NCBI GenBank assembly: GCA_964578585.1
Contig: CAZODM010000004.1
Coordinates: forward strand, 1 to 56,191
DNA length: 56,191 bases
Direction: 5' to 3'
Source: an uncultured Desulfobacterales bacterium
Lineage (GTDB): Bacteria > Desulfobacterota > Dissulfuribacteria > Dissulfuribacterales > JAMONC01
The translations under genes were made by a program, and so were the position numbers. Below the pieces are notes generated by a model. The model did not search any database. It was not told the DNA's origin and worked only from the letters and a program-made list of their open reading frames with translations. Shown here piece after piece: positions 1-10,233 of this stretch; the first letter of the stretch is position 1; the number at the start of each line of letters is the position of its first letter.

Positions 1-96
1 TGAGATTGGGCTAAAACGTCTAGATAAGACCCATTTAGCTCTATTAGCTATGATACTTGATTAAGGGGTCTTATATCTTTTATCCAATTATTTTTG

Positions 97-879
97 TTAT
101 TTATATAATTTTAAGATTAAACTATGATCACTTATTATGATATCAGAGTCAATAGCTTTAGAAGAATAGTTGAGCAGATTTATAATAACCGATTGTTCTA
201 AGCTTATAACATCATCAGCATTCATGAATATATCTAAAATCCTATTATTAGTTATATACTCATTAAAACTTTTACCAGATTGATATAACTCTATAATAAT
301 ACAGTCCTCTTTTATACTTGTTTCAATAGTTATAGAAGGAGTATCTAAATCTTTAATTGAGGTAATTGCAGCAGCTAACATTAAATCTATAACAGTACGA
401 AGGTTGGTTTCATCTGTTTGAATAACTATAGGCTCTTCTGATAACTTGATGTGTTTTTTAACATTATGTTTAAAAAATAGATCTGCCTGCCAAAATAATA
501 ATTCTTCTTCAATAAGTTGATTAACAAGTACTGTATTATTTGATGCTTCATGAGTTCTACATCTTTTAGCTATTATATTTACAATATCTTCCATCCTATT
601 TATAGTCAATTCAACTTGTTCGATTCTTTGAACACGCTTCTGTAGTTTATCTATCAAATTAGCTATTATAGACTTTTGACTATCATTAGTTAATTCTCTT
701 TCAATACTTTGTAAATCAGATATCTCCTTTTTTACTTCTCTATTAAATAATTCTATTTGCATAGAAAGTATCTGTAGAGGCCCATTTAAATTGTGTACTA
801 TTCCACTTGTAAGTCTTCCCACCAAGCTGAAACTAATATGATTATATAAATACTGTTCCAGTTTATCATTCTTAAACAT
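97..879 (-). CDS. Histidine-kinase-like protein (HisKA with degenerate HATPase; possible phosphotransferase)
   Basis: H-box SGIVHNLNGPL followed by a coiled coil. The C-terminal region follows the HATPase layout but lacks recognisable N, DxGxG and GxGxG boxes. Confidence 0.75.
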   Translation of the reverse strand: MFKNDKLEQYLYNHISFSLVGRLTSGIVHNLNGPLQILSMQIELFNREVKKEISDLQSIERELTNDSQKSIIANLIDKLQKRVQRIEQVELTINRMEDIVNIIAKRCRTHEASNNTVLVNQLIEEELLFWQADLFFKHNVKKHIKLSEEPIVIQTDETNLRTVIDLMLAAAITSIKDLDTPSITIETSIKEDCIIIELYQSGKSFNEYITNNRILDIFMNADDVISLEQSVIINLLNYSSKAIDSDIIISDHSLILKLYK

Positions 880-897
880 TATACTACCTCGTCTATA

Positions 898-2502
898 TTA
901 ATTAGCTATTTTTTTATCTTTTGTTTTATCAGTTAATAAAACCAACTTAGGAGTTAAAATTCCCTTTTTCTTCATATATGATTCTAATGCTTTAACCACT
1001 TCTGGGTCAAATTGAGTCCCTGCATTTTTCTTTATTTCTTTAAATGCTTCAATAGGAGATCTCGCATCCCTATAGGGACGTTTGGATGTAACAGCATCAT
1101 AAGTATCTGCCACCGCAAGTATTCTAGCAAGTTTTGGTATCTCCTGACCTTTGAGTCCATCAGGATACCCTCTACCATCCCATCTCTCATGATGATGTCT
1201 TATTATAGATTTTTCCACAGGGAGAAGTCCTAAATGGCTTACAATATCTTCACCTATAATAGTATGAGTCTTTATAATTTCATATTCTTCTTTAGTAAGT
1301 TTCCCTGGCTTCATCAATATGTGATCTCTAATTCCTATCTTTCCTATGTCATGAAGATAACCAGCAATATTCAAAGAGTCTAGCTCTTCTTCACTTAAAT
1401 TCATTTCTTTTGCTATTTCAACTGCTAATTGAGTCACTCTGTGAGAGTGTTCCTTAGTATAAGGATCTTTGGCCTCAAGGGTTCTAACTAAAGCCTTTAA
1501 TGTAGCATGTAGATTTAATGTGACGCTTTCATATAAAAACAGATTTTCTACTGTTAAACTAGCTCCTTCTTCAAGCAGACTTAATAAAAATAGGGTATCT
1601 TCACCAAGAGTTCTATCTTTATCAATGGGATTTGCAATGCATAAGACACCGAATATCTCATTTCGTATCTTAAAAGGTACATAGACTTGCCCACCTTCTA
1701 ATGTTAACCCACATTTTATGCCCGGCTTGCTTTTAAGAAGCATAGGAATTTTCTCTTTTACTACTCTTACAGGAGGAGACTCGTTATTATTTAGATCTAT
1801 GGTTATTATGTTAGTTATAGGATTTTTGCAAGCAGTTAATATGAGCTTATTTTCACTTTGATTTACTACCCAGAAACATGCAGATTTTGTTCTAGTTAGT
1901 GAACATGCTAGTTCTATTACTTTATTGTAGAGTTCTTGAGTACTTCGGACTCCACTTAACTTCTTAAATATGCTAAATAAGATGTTTTGTTCATGATTTT
2001 TTTGTTTTAATTTATTTACTAATTCTTCTAGAGCCTTTTTCTCTTTTAGTTCTTCTGTTAAAGTCAAATTTTCAATAAGTATTTGACGTTCTTTTTTTAA
2101 CCTTTGTATAGCTACTTCAAGATTTTTTAACTTAAAGGGCTTTTTTAGAAAATCAGAAGCACCTACTCTCAATGCATCTACTATAATATCCATTGAAGGA
2201 TAGCCTGTAATAATTATAGCAACTATAGTTCTATCAATTTCCTTTATCTTTTTTACAAAGGTGAGCCCATCCATCCCTGGCATATTTACATCTACAAACA
2301 CTCCGTCTACAGGATCTAACTTGCGGACTAGTGTTAGACCTTCATAAGCATTGGTAGCCTCATACGCCTCTATATTACCTAGACTTTCTAGATATTCTAT
2401 AAGACCTTTTCTTACCAGAGCATCATCATCTATTATTATTATTTTTAATGGTAAGTCTTTTTCTTGTAATTGTAATATCTTTTTTTTATTGTTGTTATCC
2501 AC
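898..2502 (-). CDS. Response regulator with GAF and HD-GYP c-di-GMP phosphodiesterase domains
   Basis: REC motifs (IIDDD, DVNMPGMDG, KPF), central GAF-like region, HDIGK and HHERWDGRGYP motifs. Confidence 0.92.
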   Translation of the reverse strand: MDNNNKKKILQLQEKDLPLKIIIIDDDALVRKGLIEYLESLGNIEAYEATNAYEGLTLVRKLDPVDGVFVDVNMPGMDGLTFVKKIKEIDRTIVAIIITGYPSMDIIVDALRVGASDFLKKPFKLKNLEVAIQRLKKERQILIENLTLTEELKEKKALEELVNKLKQKNHEQNILFSIFKKLSGVRSTQELYNKVIELACSLTRTKSACFWVVNQSENKLILTACKNPITNIITIDLNNNESPPVRVVKEKIPMLLKSKPGIKCGLTLEGGQVYVPFKIRNEIFGVLCIANPIDKDRTLGEDTLFLLSLLEEGASLTVENLFLYESVTLNLHATLKALVRTLEAKDPYTKEHSHRVTQLAVEIAKEMNLSEEELDSLNIAGYLHDIGKIGIRDHILMKPGKLTKEEYEIIKTHTIIGEDIVSHLGLLPVEKSIIRHHHERWDGRGYPDGLKGQEIPKLARILAVADTYDAVTSKRPYRDARSPIEAFKEIKKNAGTQFDPEVVKALESYMKKKGILTPKLVLLTDKTKDKKIAN

Positions 2503-2520
2503 TATTGCTCCCTTAAAAAT

Positions 2521-3192
2521 CTAAGATAATTGTTCTAGAAGTTTCCGTTTAAGAAAAGAAAATTCACTATCTGTTATTAGCCCTTGTTGTTTTAGCATTC
2601 CTAATCGTTCTAGTTCTGTTAATGTAAATTTAGCACTGGTTTTAGGAGGTAAAAAATAATGAGGGATATCATTAAGATACGATAGTAACTCTAAGGGCAC
2701 TTCTGGCTCTTTTGCACTACTCGTATTTGATAATACATTTTGGTTCTCATAAGCCTTTTTTAATTGTTTTATTAGTAACCTATTTTCTTTCATTAAATAT
2801 ATATGTTCACAGGCATTATCAACACTAATTTTCAACTCTTCTAGTTTAAATGGTTTTCTTAAGTAATCATATGCCCCCTCTTTTACAGCTTGTATCGCTG
2901 TTTCTAAGGAAGCATAACCAGTAATGATAATTATCAATATTTGAGGATAAAGCCGCTTAGCAATATGGAGTACTTTCATACCATCTACTTTAGGCATCAT
3001 TAAATCAGTAATTAACAAATCATAAGGTCTCTGTTTAAGCGTTTCTATGGCTTGTTGCCCATCATGAACAATTGAGATATCTCTATCTTCTTGAGATAAA
3101 AGTTCTACCAATAAGTCAGCAATTTCTTGTTCATCTTCTGCAATTAAAATATTTAATTTTTCTCTATTTGTTAGATAATATTTATTGTCCAT
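2521..3192 (-). CDS. Response regulator (REC) with C-terminal SHOCT-like domain
   Basis: IAEDE, TDLMMPKVDG, KPF. C-terminal ELERLGMLKQQGLITDSEFSFLKRKLL matches the SHOCT pattern. Confidence 0.88.
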   Translation of the reverse strand: MDNKYYLTNREKLNILIAEDEQEIADLLVELLSQEDRDISIVHDGQQAIETLKQRPYDLLITDLMMPKVDGMKVLHIAKRLYPQILIIIITGYASLETAIQAVKEGAYDYLRKPFKLEELKISVDNACEHIYLMKENRLLIKQLKKAYENQNVLSNTSSAKEPEVPLELLSYLNDIPHYFLPPKTSAKFTLTELERLGMLKQQGLITDSEFSFLKRKLLEQLS

Positions 3193-3289
3193 TTTTGACC
3201 CCTATTTAGCACTATCCCCCCTTGTAAATCTAAAAAAGAATACTTAATATTAATTTTTGTCTATTAAGCTTTAATATTAATCTAAATCT

Positions 3290-3317
3290 ATATCGGGCAA
3301 AGTAGTATAAAACTTGA
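3290..3317 (-). promoter_or_regulatory. Putative sigma28 (FliA) promoter for the REC-SHOCT/HD-GYP operon
   Basis: Minus strand TCAAG-N15-CCCGATAT versus consensus TAAA-N15-GCCGATAA, about 100 nt upstream of the ORF start at 3192. Confidence 0.6.
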
Positions 3318-3445
3318 TTTCATAACTTTATTAATATTAGCCCTAGTATATAGTTATAACTTGTTTATTTAGTTTATAGTTTAAGCTTAACATAAATGTA
3401 TAAAGAAATAACATTAAAAATAACCTCTTAATTTAGGAGAATATC

Positions 3446-5224
3446 ATGGCAGATATAGAGCTTTGGCAAAAGCTTTCAAGACAACCAGAATCTTTATTAA
3501 AAATGCATCCTAAAGAGGCTGAAGAGATATTTAATAAGCTAAGTCTTGAACAACAAGCAAGTCTCATTTTGCTTGCTCCGTGGGAAAAGAGGCAAGAGTT
3601 GATCCTCTTATCTACAAAAGCTCAACAATTAGTTCAAGCAATGCCTACAGAAGAACTGTTTTGGACCATAAAAGCCATAGGTATACAAGATTGTCTTGAA
3701 CTCTTACGCATGGCAAGGGCTGACCAACTTCAATTTATGTTTGATTTAGACTGGTGGTTTAAAGATAAAATAGTACCAGAAAAGATCGTAGCATGGCTTT
3801 TACTTTTGTTTGAAGCAAGTGAAAATGTAGTCGCTAGATGGCTTGAGTGGATTTTAAAAAAGGATGAGACACTACTTCCAACAATAATGCATCCTTTTTT
3901 AACTATTTATAAAAGACCTGATGACATGGATATTCAAGAAGCAAGAGATATTTTCCCTGCTTTTACTTTGGATGATACATATTTCATTGAGTTTAAGAAT
4001 AAAAAACTAGCACCTTTATGGATTAGAATGATTGAGATATTAATAGACTTTTTCCCCTCAGATTATAGAGACTTAATGGAATCAATACTAGTTGACATCC
4101 CAGCAGAGACACTTGAGTTTTCATATAGATGGAGAAACAGTAGATTAGCTGATTGGGGTATACCAGAATACTTTGAAGCAATAGATATATATGCTCCTTT
4201 AGATAAGGCAAAGTTAAAACGTATAGAAGTTCCTTTAAATGACATAGAAACAAATCAAGAACTTGTTATGCCAGCATTTGTTCCCACACTTTATATAGAA
4301 GATCTACCTTATTTAAGGGGTGCACTTGATATATTAGCAGGAACACATACAATGGGTCGAATTATAAAAGAATGGGTTTGGGTAGCTAATAAACTCTTAA
4401 TAGCAGACTTAATAGATTTAGATGATCCTATTCAACTAAAACAAGTTATATTTAGGACTGCAGGACTCATTAATATAGCACTAGAAGATTTACATAAAGA
4501 CACTAAAGAAGCACCTGAATCTATTTTAACCCATGTCTCACTTGAAGACCTTGTTAGGATTGCAAACACATCCATAAGGAATCTTAAATCTAATGCAATT
4601 CGACTTATTGATAGTAATATGGTACATCCAGAAGGCTGGTATTTAGAAGAAGAGGCCCAAAATAAATTCTTGGGACTTTTAACAAGACAGGTCCTGTATT
4701 GGGATAACGATGTTCAAGACTATAGGGGCTTTAAATCCCTAGATGAGATATCAGAGATACACCAATTACTTGCTAGTATAGAGGATTGGGCAAAAGTTAT
4801 AAATCTTATAACTCCCCATTGGTCTAAGTGGCATAAGGGTATATTTGACCATACAAATATAGGAACAGCTAGAGAACTTACATGGAAAATAGCTTTTGCT
4901 ACCTTTTTAGCCCAGATTTCTCTAAATAACATGTATGAGCTTAAACCTCTTAACAAAAAAGAACTTTTAAGTTTAAAGGACAAATGGTTTGATGAAAATA
5001 TCAGGCTGAAAACTAAAATTATAAATGAATTAGTAGATTTTCTTTATAATAAAGAGCCAGGGCTTGATAAGAATAGATTTTATGAGATAATATATTCTAC
5101 ATTAAAGCCTTTGGAGGAATATTTTTATTCTTTAAAGGATAAAGAGATAGATCCTAGGTTTGTCGAGTCGTTATGGACTATTATAGACAACAATGTCTAT
5201 AGAGATTCTATGAAAGATTTATAA
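3446..5224 (+). CDS. Conserved hypothetical helical protein, DUF6178-like
   Basis: 592-aa ORF with AGGAG RBS. Segments such as LQFMFDLDWW, RWRNSRLADWG and VANKLLIAD recall DUF6178 proteins of deltaproteobacteria (assigned from recall, not searched). Confidence 0.65.
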   Translation: MADIELWQKLSRQPESLLKMHPKEAEEIFNKLSLEQQASLILLAPWEKRQELILLSTKAQQLVQAMPTEELFWTIKAIGIQDCLELLRMARADQLQFMFDLDWWFKDKIVPEKIVAWLLLLFEASENVVARWLEWILKKDETLLPTIMHPFLTIYKRPDDMDIQEARDIFPAFTLDDTYFIEFKNKKLAPLWIRMIEILIDFFPSDYRDLMESILVDIPAETLEFSYRWRNSRLADWGIPEYFEAIDIYAPLDKAKLKRIEVPLNDIETNQELVMPAFVPTLYIEDLPYLRGALDILAGTHTMGRIIKEWVWVANKLLIADLIDLDDPIQLKQVIFRTAGLINIALEDLHKDTKEAPESILTHVSLEDLVRIANTSIRNLKSNAIRLIDSNMVHPEGWYLEEEAQNKFLGLLTRQVLYWDNDVQDYRGFKSLDEISEIHQLLASIEDWAKVINLITPHWSKWHKGIFDHTNIGTARELTWKIAFATFLAQISLNNMYELKPLNKKELLSLKDKWFDENIRLKTKIINELVDFLYNKEPGLDKNRFYEIIYSTLKPLEEYFYSLKDKEIDPRFVESLWTIIDNNVYRDSMKDL

Positions 5225-5257
5225 ACAATAACAAATTAAAAAGGGAAAAATATTCTA

Positions 5258-5989
5258 ATGGAAAAAGCTATTAATAGCATAGGTACACTGTATGCTATAG
5301 GAGTAGGTCCAGGAGATTCAGAACTTCTAACGCTTAAGGCTGTAAGGATATTAAAAAATATATCAAATATATTTAGTGTTACATCTAGCTCTGAGTCAAA
5401 AAGTACAGCATTTGATATTGTTGCCCAGTATATTGGATCCAAAGCCAAATGCGTTCAACTTCACTTTCCAATGACAAAAAATAAACGTGTATTAGAAAAT
5501 GCGTGGTATAACAATGCTAAGCAAGTATACAATGTTTTACGTCAAGGAGAAGATGCTGCCTTTATTACACTAGGAGATCCAAGCATTTATTCTACTTATT
5601 CTTATTTATGGGAGTATTTGTATAAAATTGATAGTAATATAAAAGTAGAGGTAATACCAGGTATTACCTCGTTTCAAGCTGCATCCGCACGTTTAAATAT
5701 TCCATTAGTAAAAGGAGATGAATCTTTAACAGTCCTAACAGGTGTAAATGGCAACAAAAAATTAGAAGAAATATTTTCTATGTCCGATAACATAGTCATT
5801 ATGAAGCTATATAGACATTGGAAAGAAATAGTTGAATTCTTAAGTTCTAAAAAAGATATAACACTAGCTCCAGTTATAAGTAGGTGTGGTCTAGATGGAG
5901 AAACGATATGGACAGATATAAGAAAGTTAGATCTAAATAAGCCTCCTTCTTATTTTACACTTTCTATTATAAAAAGGCTGGTTAAATGA
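5258..5989 (+). CDS. cobI: Precorrin-2/cobalt-sirohydrochlorin C20-methyltransferase
   Basis: GVGPGDSELLTLKA, FPMTK, LGDPSIYST, IPGITS tetrapyrrole methylase motifs typical of CobI/CbiL. Confidence 0.88.
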   Translation: MEKAINSIGTLYAIGVGPGDSELLTLKAVRILKNISNIFSVTSSSESKSTAFDIVAQYIGSKAKCVQLHFPMTKNKRVLENAWYNNAKQVYNVLRQGEDAAFITLGDPSIYSTYSYLWEYLYKIDSNIKVEVIPGITSFQAASARLNIPLVKGDESLTVLTGVNGNKKLEEIFSMSDNIVIMKLYRHWKEIVEFLSSKKDITLAPVISRCGLDGETIWTDIRKLDLNKPPSYFTLSIIKRLVK

Positions 5990-6777
5990 AAAACCAACTA
6001 TACCAAAAGACCTACAAAAAGCAATATAACTTCATAAGCTTCTTTGCTTTACTTGTCTTAATCCTTTCCATTTTTCAAGCCTGTAACTGGATTGAGCCCC
6101 AAAAGGTAAATGCCAGAAGATTTAAAGCGTTTGTTCGTTATGTCATAGATGGTGATACTATTGTTTTAGCAAATGGAGAAAAAGTCCGCTACTTGGGTAT
6201 CAATGCTCCAGAGATAGCCCATTATGATCAACCTGCTCAGCCTTTTGGTATGGCAGCTACAAAATTTAACAAATCCATGGTATATCACAAGTGGGTTATT
6301 ATTGATACAAAAGATGAAGGTAAAGATCAGTATGGAAGGCTTCTTGGCTTTATTTATTTAAAAAATGGTACATTTGTAAATCTACTGCTAATCAAAAATG
6401 GGCTTGCTTACTGTGATCTTACATGTGATATGCCCTTTCGTGATAGATTCATCAATGCCCAACGAATGGCAATGAGACAAAGGATTGGGATATGGTCTTT
6501 ACCAATTAAAAATCCTGCACCTTATTATATTGGTAATAGGCGCTCTATGAGATTTCATTGTCCATGGTGTCCTTTGGGTAGACAGACCTCTAGGAGAAAT
6601 CGTATAATCTTTAAAAATGCTTGGGATGCATACTGGAATGGTTATTTCCCTTGCAAACACTGTATCCTTAAAGAGTTAAAAAAGGGCTTAAATTATGAAG
6701 GAAAACATGGAAAAACCCATAGTAGTAGTACAAGATCCAATATTTCTAAAACACTATGCAGGTGCTACTCATATTGA
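5986..6777 (+). CDS. Thermonuclease (SNase) family lipoprotein with C-terminal Ada-type metal-binding domain
   Basis: Lipobox-like FQAC, VIDGDT, VRYLGINAPE, DQYGRLL. C-terminal FHCPWC and GYFPCKHC. Confidence 0.85.
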   Translation: MKNQLYQKTYKKQYNFISFFALLVLILSIFQACNWIEPQKVNARRFKAFVRYVIDGDTIVLANGEKVRYLGINAPEIAHYDQPAQPFGMAATKFNKSMVYHKWVIIDTKDEGKDQYGRLLGFIYLKNGTFVNLLLIKNGLAYCDLTCDMPFRDRFINAQRMAMRQRIGIWSLPIKNPAPYYIGNRRSMRFHCPWCPLGRQTSRRNRIIFKNAWDAYWNGYFPCKHCILKELKKGLNYEGKHGKTHSSSTRSNISKTLCRCYSY

Positions 6778-7756
6778 ATCTCCAAGAAGATTAGAAGTAA
6801 TATATAAAAGATTAGAAGAGCCTGATATAAAAGGGCTGTACAAAAGAATTAAACCTAGGGCTGCTAAGATAGAAGAAATTTTGTGGAATCATAGCCAGCA
6901 ACATATAGATAAAGTCGCTAATAGCAAAGGCAAGGACATAACTCAGTTTGACCCAGATACTTACGCAGGTCCTTATTCGTGGGATGCTGCAATTAATGCA
7001 GTAGGAGCATGTTTTAATTGTCTAGATGAATTATATAATAATAATTTTTATGCAGGCTTTGCCCTAGTAAGGCCACCAGGACACCATGCAGAGTATTCTA
7101 AGGCAAAGGGCTTTTGTCTTTTTAATAATGTAGCCTTGGCTGCACACTATGCAATTAATAAACTTGGAGCTAATAGGGTCTTAATTGTTGACTTTGATCT
7201 TCATCATGGGAATGGTACTCAATGGAGTTTTTATGAGGACCCAAATGTAGTTTATTTTTCAACACATCAATTTCCTTACTACCCTGGGACAGGAAGCCTT
7301 GATGAAGTTGGAAAAGCAGATGGTGAAGGCTTTACCGTTAATGTACCCCTTTTTAGAGGTATTAAAGATGGAGATATAGCCAATATATATGAACAAATAC
7401 TTATGCCCATAGCCTATTCTTATAATCCAGATTTTATCTTAGTATCTGCTGGATTTGATATATATGAAGATGATCCTTTAGGTGGATTTCAAGTCTCAAT
7501 CCGTGGATTTTCTCTCATTGCAAATTATTTATTTGATATCTCTAAACATGTATGTCCTGGACGTCTATTTTTTGTCTTAGAAGGTGGCTATAATATGTAT
7601 GGATTAAGTGAGGGGGTTGCTACTATAATAAAAGAAATAGCTTTAACCCAAAGAGATAGGATATTTGATGCAGAATTATCCCTCTCCCCTTCTGTTGGGA
7701 TCCTTGATGTAATTTCCGAGGTCAAAAAGATCTATAGTAACTACTGGAAATTCTAA
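6695..7756 (+). CDS. Histone deacetylase / acetylpolyamine amidohydrolase family protein
   Basis: RPPGHHA, GFCLFNNVA, DFDLHHGNGTQ, SAGFD, LEGGY. True start may be the Met at 6707. Confidence 0.92.
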   Translation: MKENMEKPIVVVQDPIFLKHYAGATHIESPRRLEVIYKRLEEPDIKGLYKRIKPRAAKIEEILWNHSQQHIDKVANSKGKDITQFDPDTYAGPYSWDAAINAVGACFNCLDELYNNNFYAGFALVRPPGHHAEYSKAKGFCLFNNVALAAHYAINKLGANRVLIVDFDLHHGNGTQWSFYEDPNVVYFSTHQFPYYPGTGSLDEVGKADGEGFTVNVPLFRGIKDGDIANIYEQILMPIAYSYNPDFILVSAGFDIYEDDPLGGFQVSIRGFSLIANYLFDISKHVCPGRLFFVLEGGYNMYGLSEGVATIIKEIALTQRDRIFDAELSLSPSVGILDVISEVKKIYSNYWKF

Positions 7757-7777
7757 TAATAAACATAAAATGTCAAT

Positions 7778-7814
7778 AAAAAAGAGGGTAAGCATTTATC
7801 TTACCCTCTTTTTT
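7778..7814. terminator. Bidirectional intrinsic terminator
   Basis: A6-GAGGGTAAG-loop-CTTACCCTC-T6 between convergent genes. Confidence 0.85.
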
Positions 7815-7833
7815 AGCTTAAGAAAAATTAATT

Positions 7834-9321
7834 TTAGAAGCGGAATTGATACATTACTCTAAATCTGTAGTCATTTTGGCTAGATGTGCTTGTAGCATAA
7901 TTTGTAATTCCTGCAGCAGCAGCTTCAGATGGACTAATACCATCTAGATTTCTGTATAACCAAGAGACATCCACTGCAATCATCTGATTAAATCCATCTA
8001 TATAGTAGTTTGCACCAAGTACATACTGTTGAAGATCTTTTTCTACAGTGTAACCATGAGTTGTTGGAACTAACCCTAATCCAGTCTCAAGAGATTTTGT
8101 TACATCGTTGTCATATATCCTTTGTAGATATGCATACTTAGCAGTGAGTTCAATCTTTTTGGGTACTATGAAATAACCAAGATTAAGTCTTGCTCCAACT
8201 TTATCCCAATGTCTTTCTGGAATTCCAGCAACACTTGCATTTGGATTTCTTACATACTCTTCCCATGCACCTTCTAGATCACAAGAGAAGCCCTTGTAAC
8301 GGAAAAGGAGGGCAGAATCAAAACCATAGTTTGCAACATCATAAGTAGCACTATGAGGGCTACCAGTAGAATCATAATATTTGGTCAATCTATCCTTAGT
8401 AGTAAATCCTGCTACAACAAATGCAGCCAAAGGCTTTGTATTGTAAGCATAGTCTCCTTGGGTAGTATAGTTATGAAATCCCTTTTTCCCCATAGGTCCT
8501 TTTGGATCAGAACCTGGTAAGAAGTTTATACCTAAACGGAAACAATAAAGCATATCTGGGCTTGTACCCGCATATTCCTTAGTATCTCTACCATTATAGA
8601 CGCCTAACCAATATGCTAAAAACTGCTTTCTACCAAAAAGATCTACATAACCATTGAGTTCTATGCCCTGAGAACGATAAAGCTCTATCCCACCTGTTGG
8701 GAATAAAGTAGTCTTATTGTAGTTACTACCAACACTAATACCTGAATTTCCGCCAGGGAAATCATAATATTTATTCCCTAATACATCTTTATATTCTTCA
8801 GAATCACCAGTAAAGATAGTTCTGTCTGTACCATCTTGGGCAAAACCACTCTGCCAAAATTCAATGCTAAAAGGTATCTTCATGCGTCCAAGCTGGACAC
8901 GAGCAAAGCTATATTTTTGCCACCTTAAAAAGGCATCCATTGCATAGGTAGTTTTTTCTAACTGAATCTGTAAGAAGTATTTCCAGTTAGGTGTTGGAGC
9001 TGTTCCATCAATTAGCAAACGACAACGTCTCATTGTAAATGAGCTATAGTTTTCTTGATTTGTAGAGATAATGTTGTCTGTATCAACATAAGTGTAGCGA
9101 AGCTGTATAGCACTTCTTATACGTAACTTATAACTATAGTTACTGTTTTCTGGTTTATACTCAAACCTAAAACCATTCTTCCAATACACCTTTGTCGCGG
9201 CTATTGACGACACCGTCCAACAGATACACATAACCGCGGCAACCAGTGCACCCAAAAACTTCCATCTTGAACTGTTACGTGCGCCTCTTTCTTTGAGCTT
9301 TCTCATAACATCGCCTCCCAT
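7834..9321 (-). CDS. Outer-membrane beta-barrel porin (OprO/OprP-like)
   Basis: Signal peptide, IQLRYTY, RRCRLLIDG, GRMKIPFS, C-terminal YQFRF. Likely start is the ATG at 9306 after GGAGG. Confidence 0.75.
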   Translation of the reverse strand: MGGDVMRKLKERGARNSSRWKFLGALVAAVMCICWTVSSIAATKVYWKNGFRFEYKPENSNYSYKLRIRSAIQLRYTYVDTDNIISTNQENYSSFTMRRCRLLIDGTAPTPNWKYFLQIQLEKTTYAMDAFLRWQKYSFARVQLGRMKIPFSIEFWQSGFAQDGTDRTIFTGDSEEYKDVLGNKYYDFPGGNSGISVGSNYNKTTLFPTGGIELYRSQGIELNGYVDLFGRKQFLAYWLGVYNGRDTKEYAGTSPDMLYCFRLGINFLPGSDPKGPMGKKGFHNYTTQGDYAYNTKPLAAFVVAGFTTKDRLTKYYDSTGSPHSATYDVANYGFDSALLFRYKGFSCDLEGAWEEYVRNPNASVAGIPERHWDKVGARLNLGYFIVPKKIELTAKYAYLQRIYDNDVTKSLETGLGLVPTTHGYTVEKDLQQYVLGANYYIDGFNQMIAVDVSWLYRNLDGISPSEAAAAGITNYATSTSSQNDYRFRVMYQFRF

Positions 9322-9342
9322 ATGATTTAGTATTTTAGGTGT

Positions 9343-9359
9343 CGCAAAGCCCTTGCCCC
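9343..9359 (-). promoter_or_regulatory. Putative sigma54 promoter for the porin gene
   Basis: Minus strand GGGCAAGGGCTTTGCG gives GG-N10-GC with TTGC, correctly placed upstream of the RBS. Confidence 0.45.
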
Positions 9360-9560
9360 CTTGAGTTACAGAAAACGAGCAAAGCTGTCAAGTTGAAAAT
9401 TATAAAAATGCTCAAATAATTACATGTGTGTATATATAAATATAGTTCTAAGAGGATAAATAGTTTTTCTTTGATTTAATTCTTGTAATATCAGGATTAT
9501 AAATCAGAAGGCATTAGATGACATTATTAGAGGAGAATAAGGAATCTAAGATACCATTAA

Positions 9561-10181
9561 TTAATGTAAAAATTTCATAGATGTTACAATTGCTTCTGCT
9601 AAATCTTTTAACTTAATATGTTGCCTTCTACTTTCCTTTTGCATTATACGCATTGCTTCATTACCATCAATACCCCTTAACCTCATCAAAACTTCCTTTG
9701 CCCTTTCAACTATCTTTCTATCTCTTAACTGTTCTTCTAAATCTATGACTTGGTTTTTCATATTATTTAAATCCTGAGCATTACTATAAGCAGTCTCTAA
9801 TGCGAGTATTACATCATCAATAAAAACAGGCTTTACTAAGTAACCTAATACTCCAGCATTTTTAATCTTTTTAATATTATCTCTATCTGTATGTGCAGTA
9901 ATTAAGACTACGGGGATAAAAGAGCTTCTATCCTTATTAATCTTTCTTGCTGCCTCTATACCATCTAATTTAGGCATTCGAATATCCATTAAAATTAAAT
10001 CAGGATTAAATCTCTTGGCAAGCTCTACTGCTTCTATACCATTTTTAGCTATATCAATTACTTCATATCCAGCTTCTATGAGCCCTTTTTTTAATTCATT
10101 AGCAAAAAACTTATCATCTTCTACTATAAGAATCTTTTTTAACGATGAGGGACTTTCTTTTTTAGATACCATCTCCACCAT
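9561..10181 (-). CDS. ANTAR-domain response regulator (NasT/EutV/PdtaR-like)
   Basis: REC (VEDD, MDIRMPKLDG, VKP), coiled coil, ANTAR (RKIVERAKEVLM ... MQKESRRQHIKLKDLAEAIV). Confidence 0.92.
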   Translation of the reverse strand: MVEMVSKKESPSSLKKILIVEDDKFFANELKKGLIEAGYEVIDIAKNGIEAVELAKRFNPDLILMDIRMPKLDGIEAARKINKDRSSFIPVVLITAHTDRDNIKKIKNAGVLGYLVKPVFIDDVILALETAYSNAQDLNNMKNQVIDLEEQLRDRKIVERAKEVLMRLRGIDGNEAMRIMQKESRRQHIKLKDLAEAIVTSMKFLH

Positions 10182-10233
10182 TTAAACACTCTTAAATAGT
10201 CAAAGCTTTTTAAGCTAACCCCCCTAAAAAAAT

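Noticed and set aside
9322-9560. ANTAR twin-hairpin RNA upstream of the porin
   Set aside because: AxxGxx hexamers exist (AAGGGG, AAGGGC) but lack 3-bp closing stems and a downstream terminator; the same bases fit a sigma54 promoter better.
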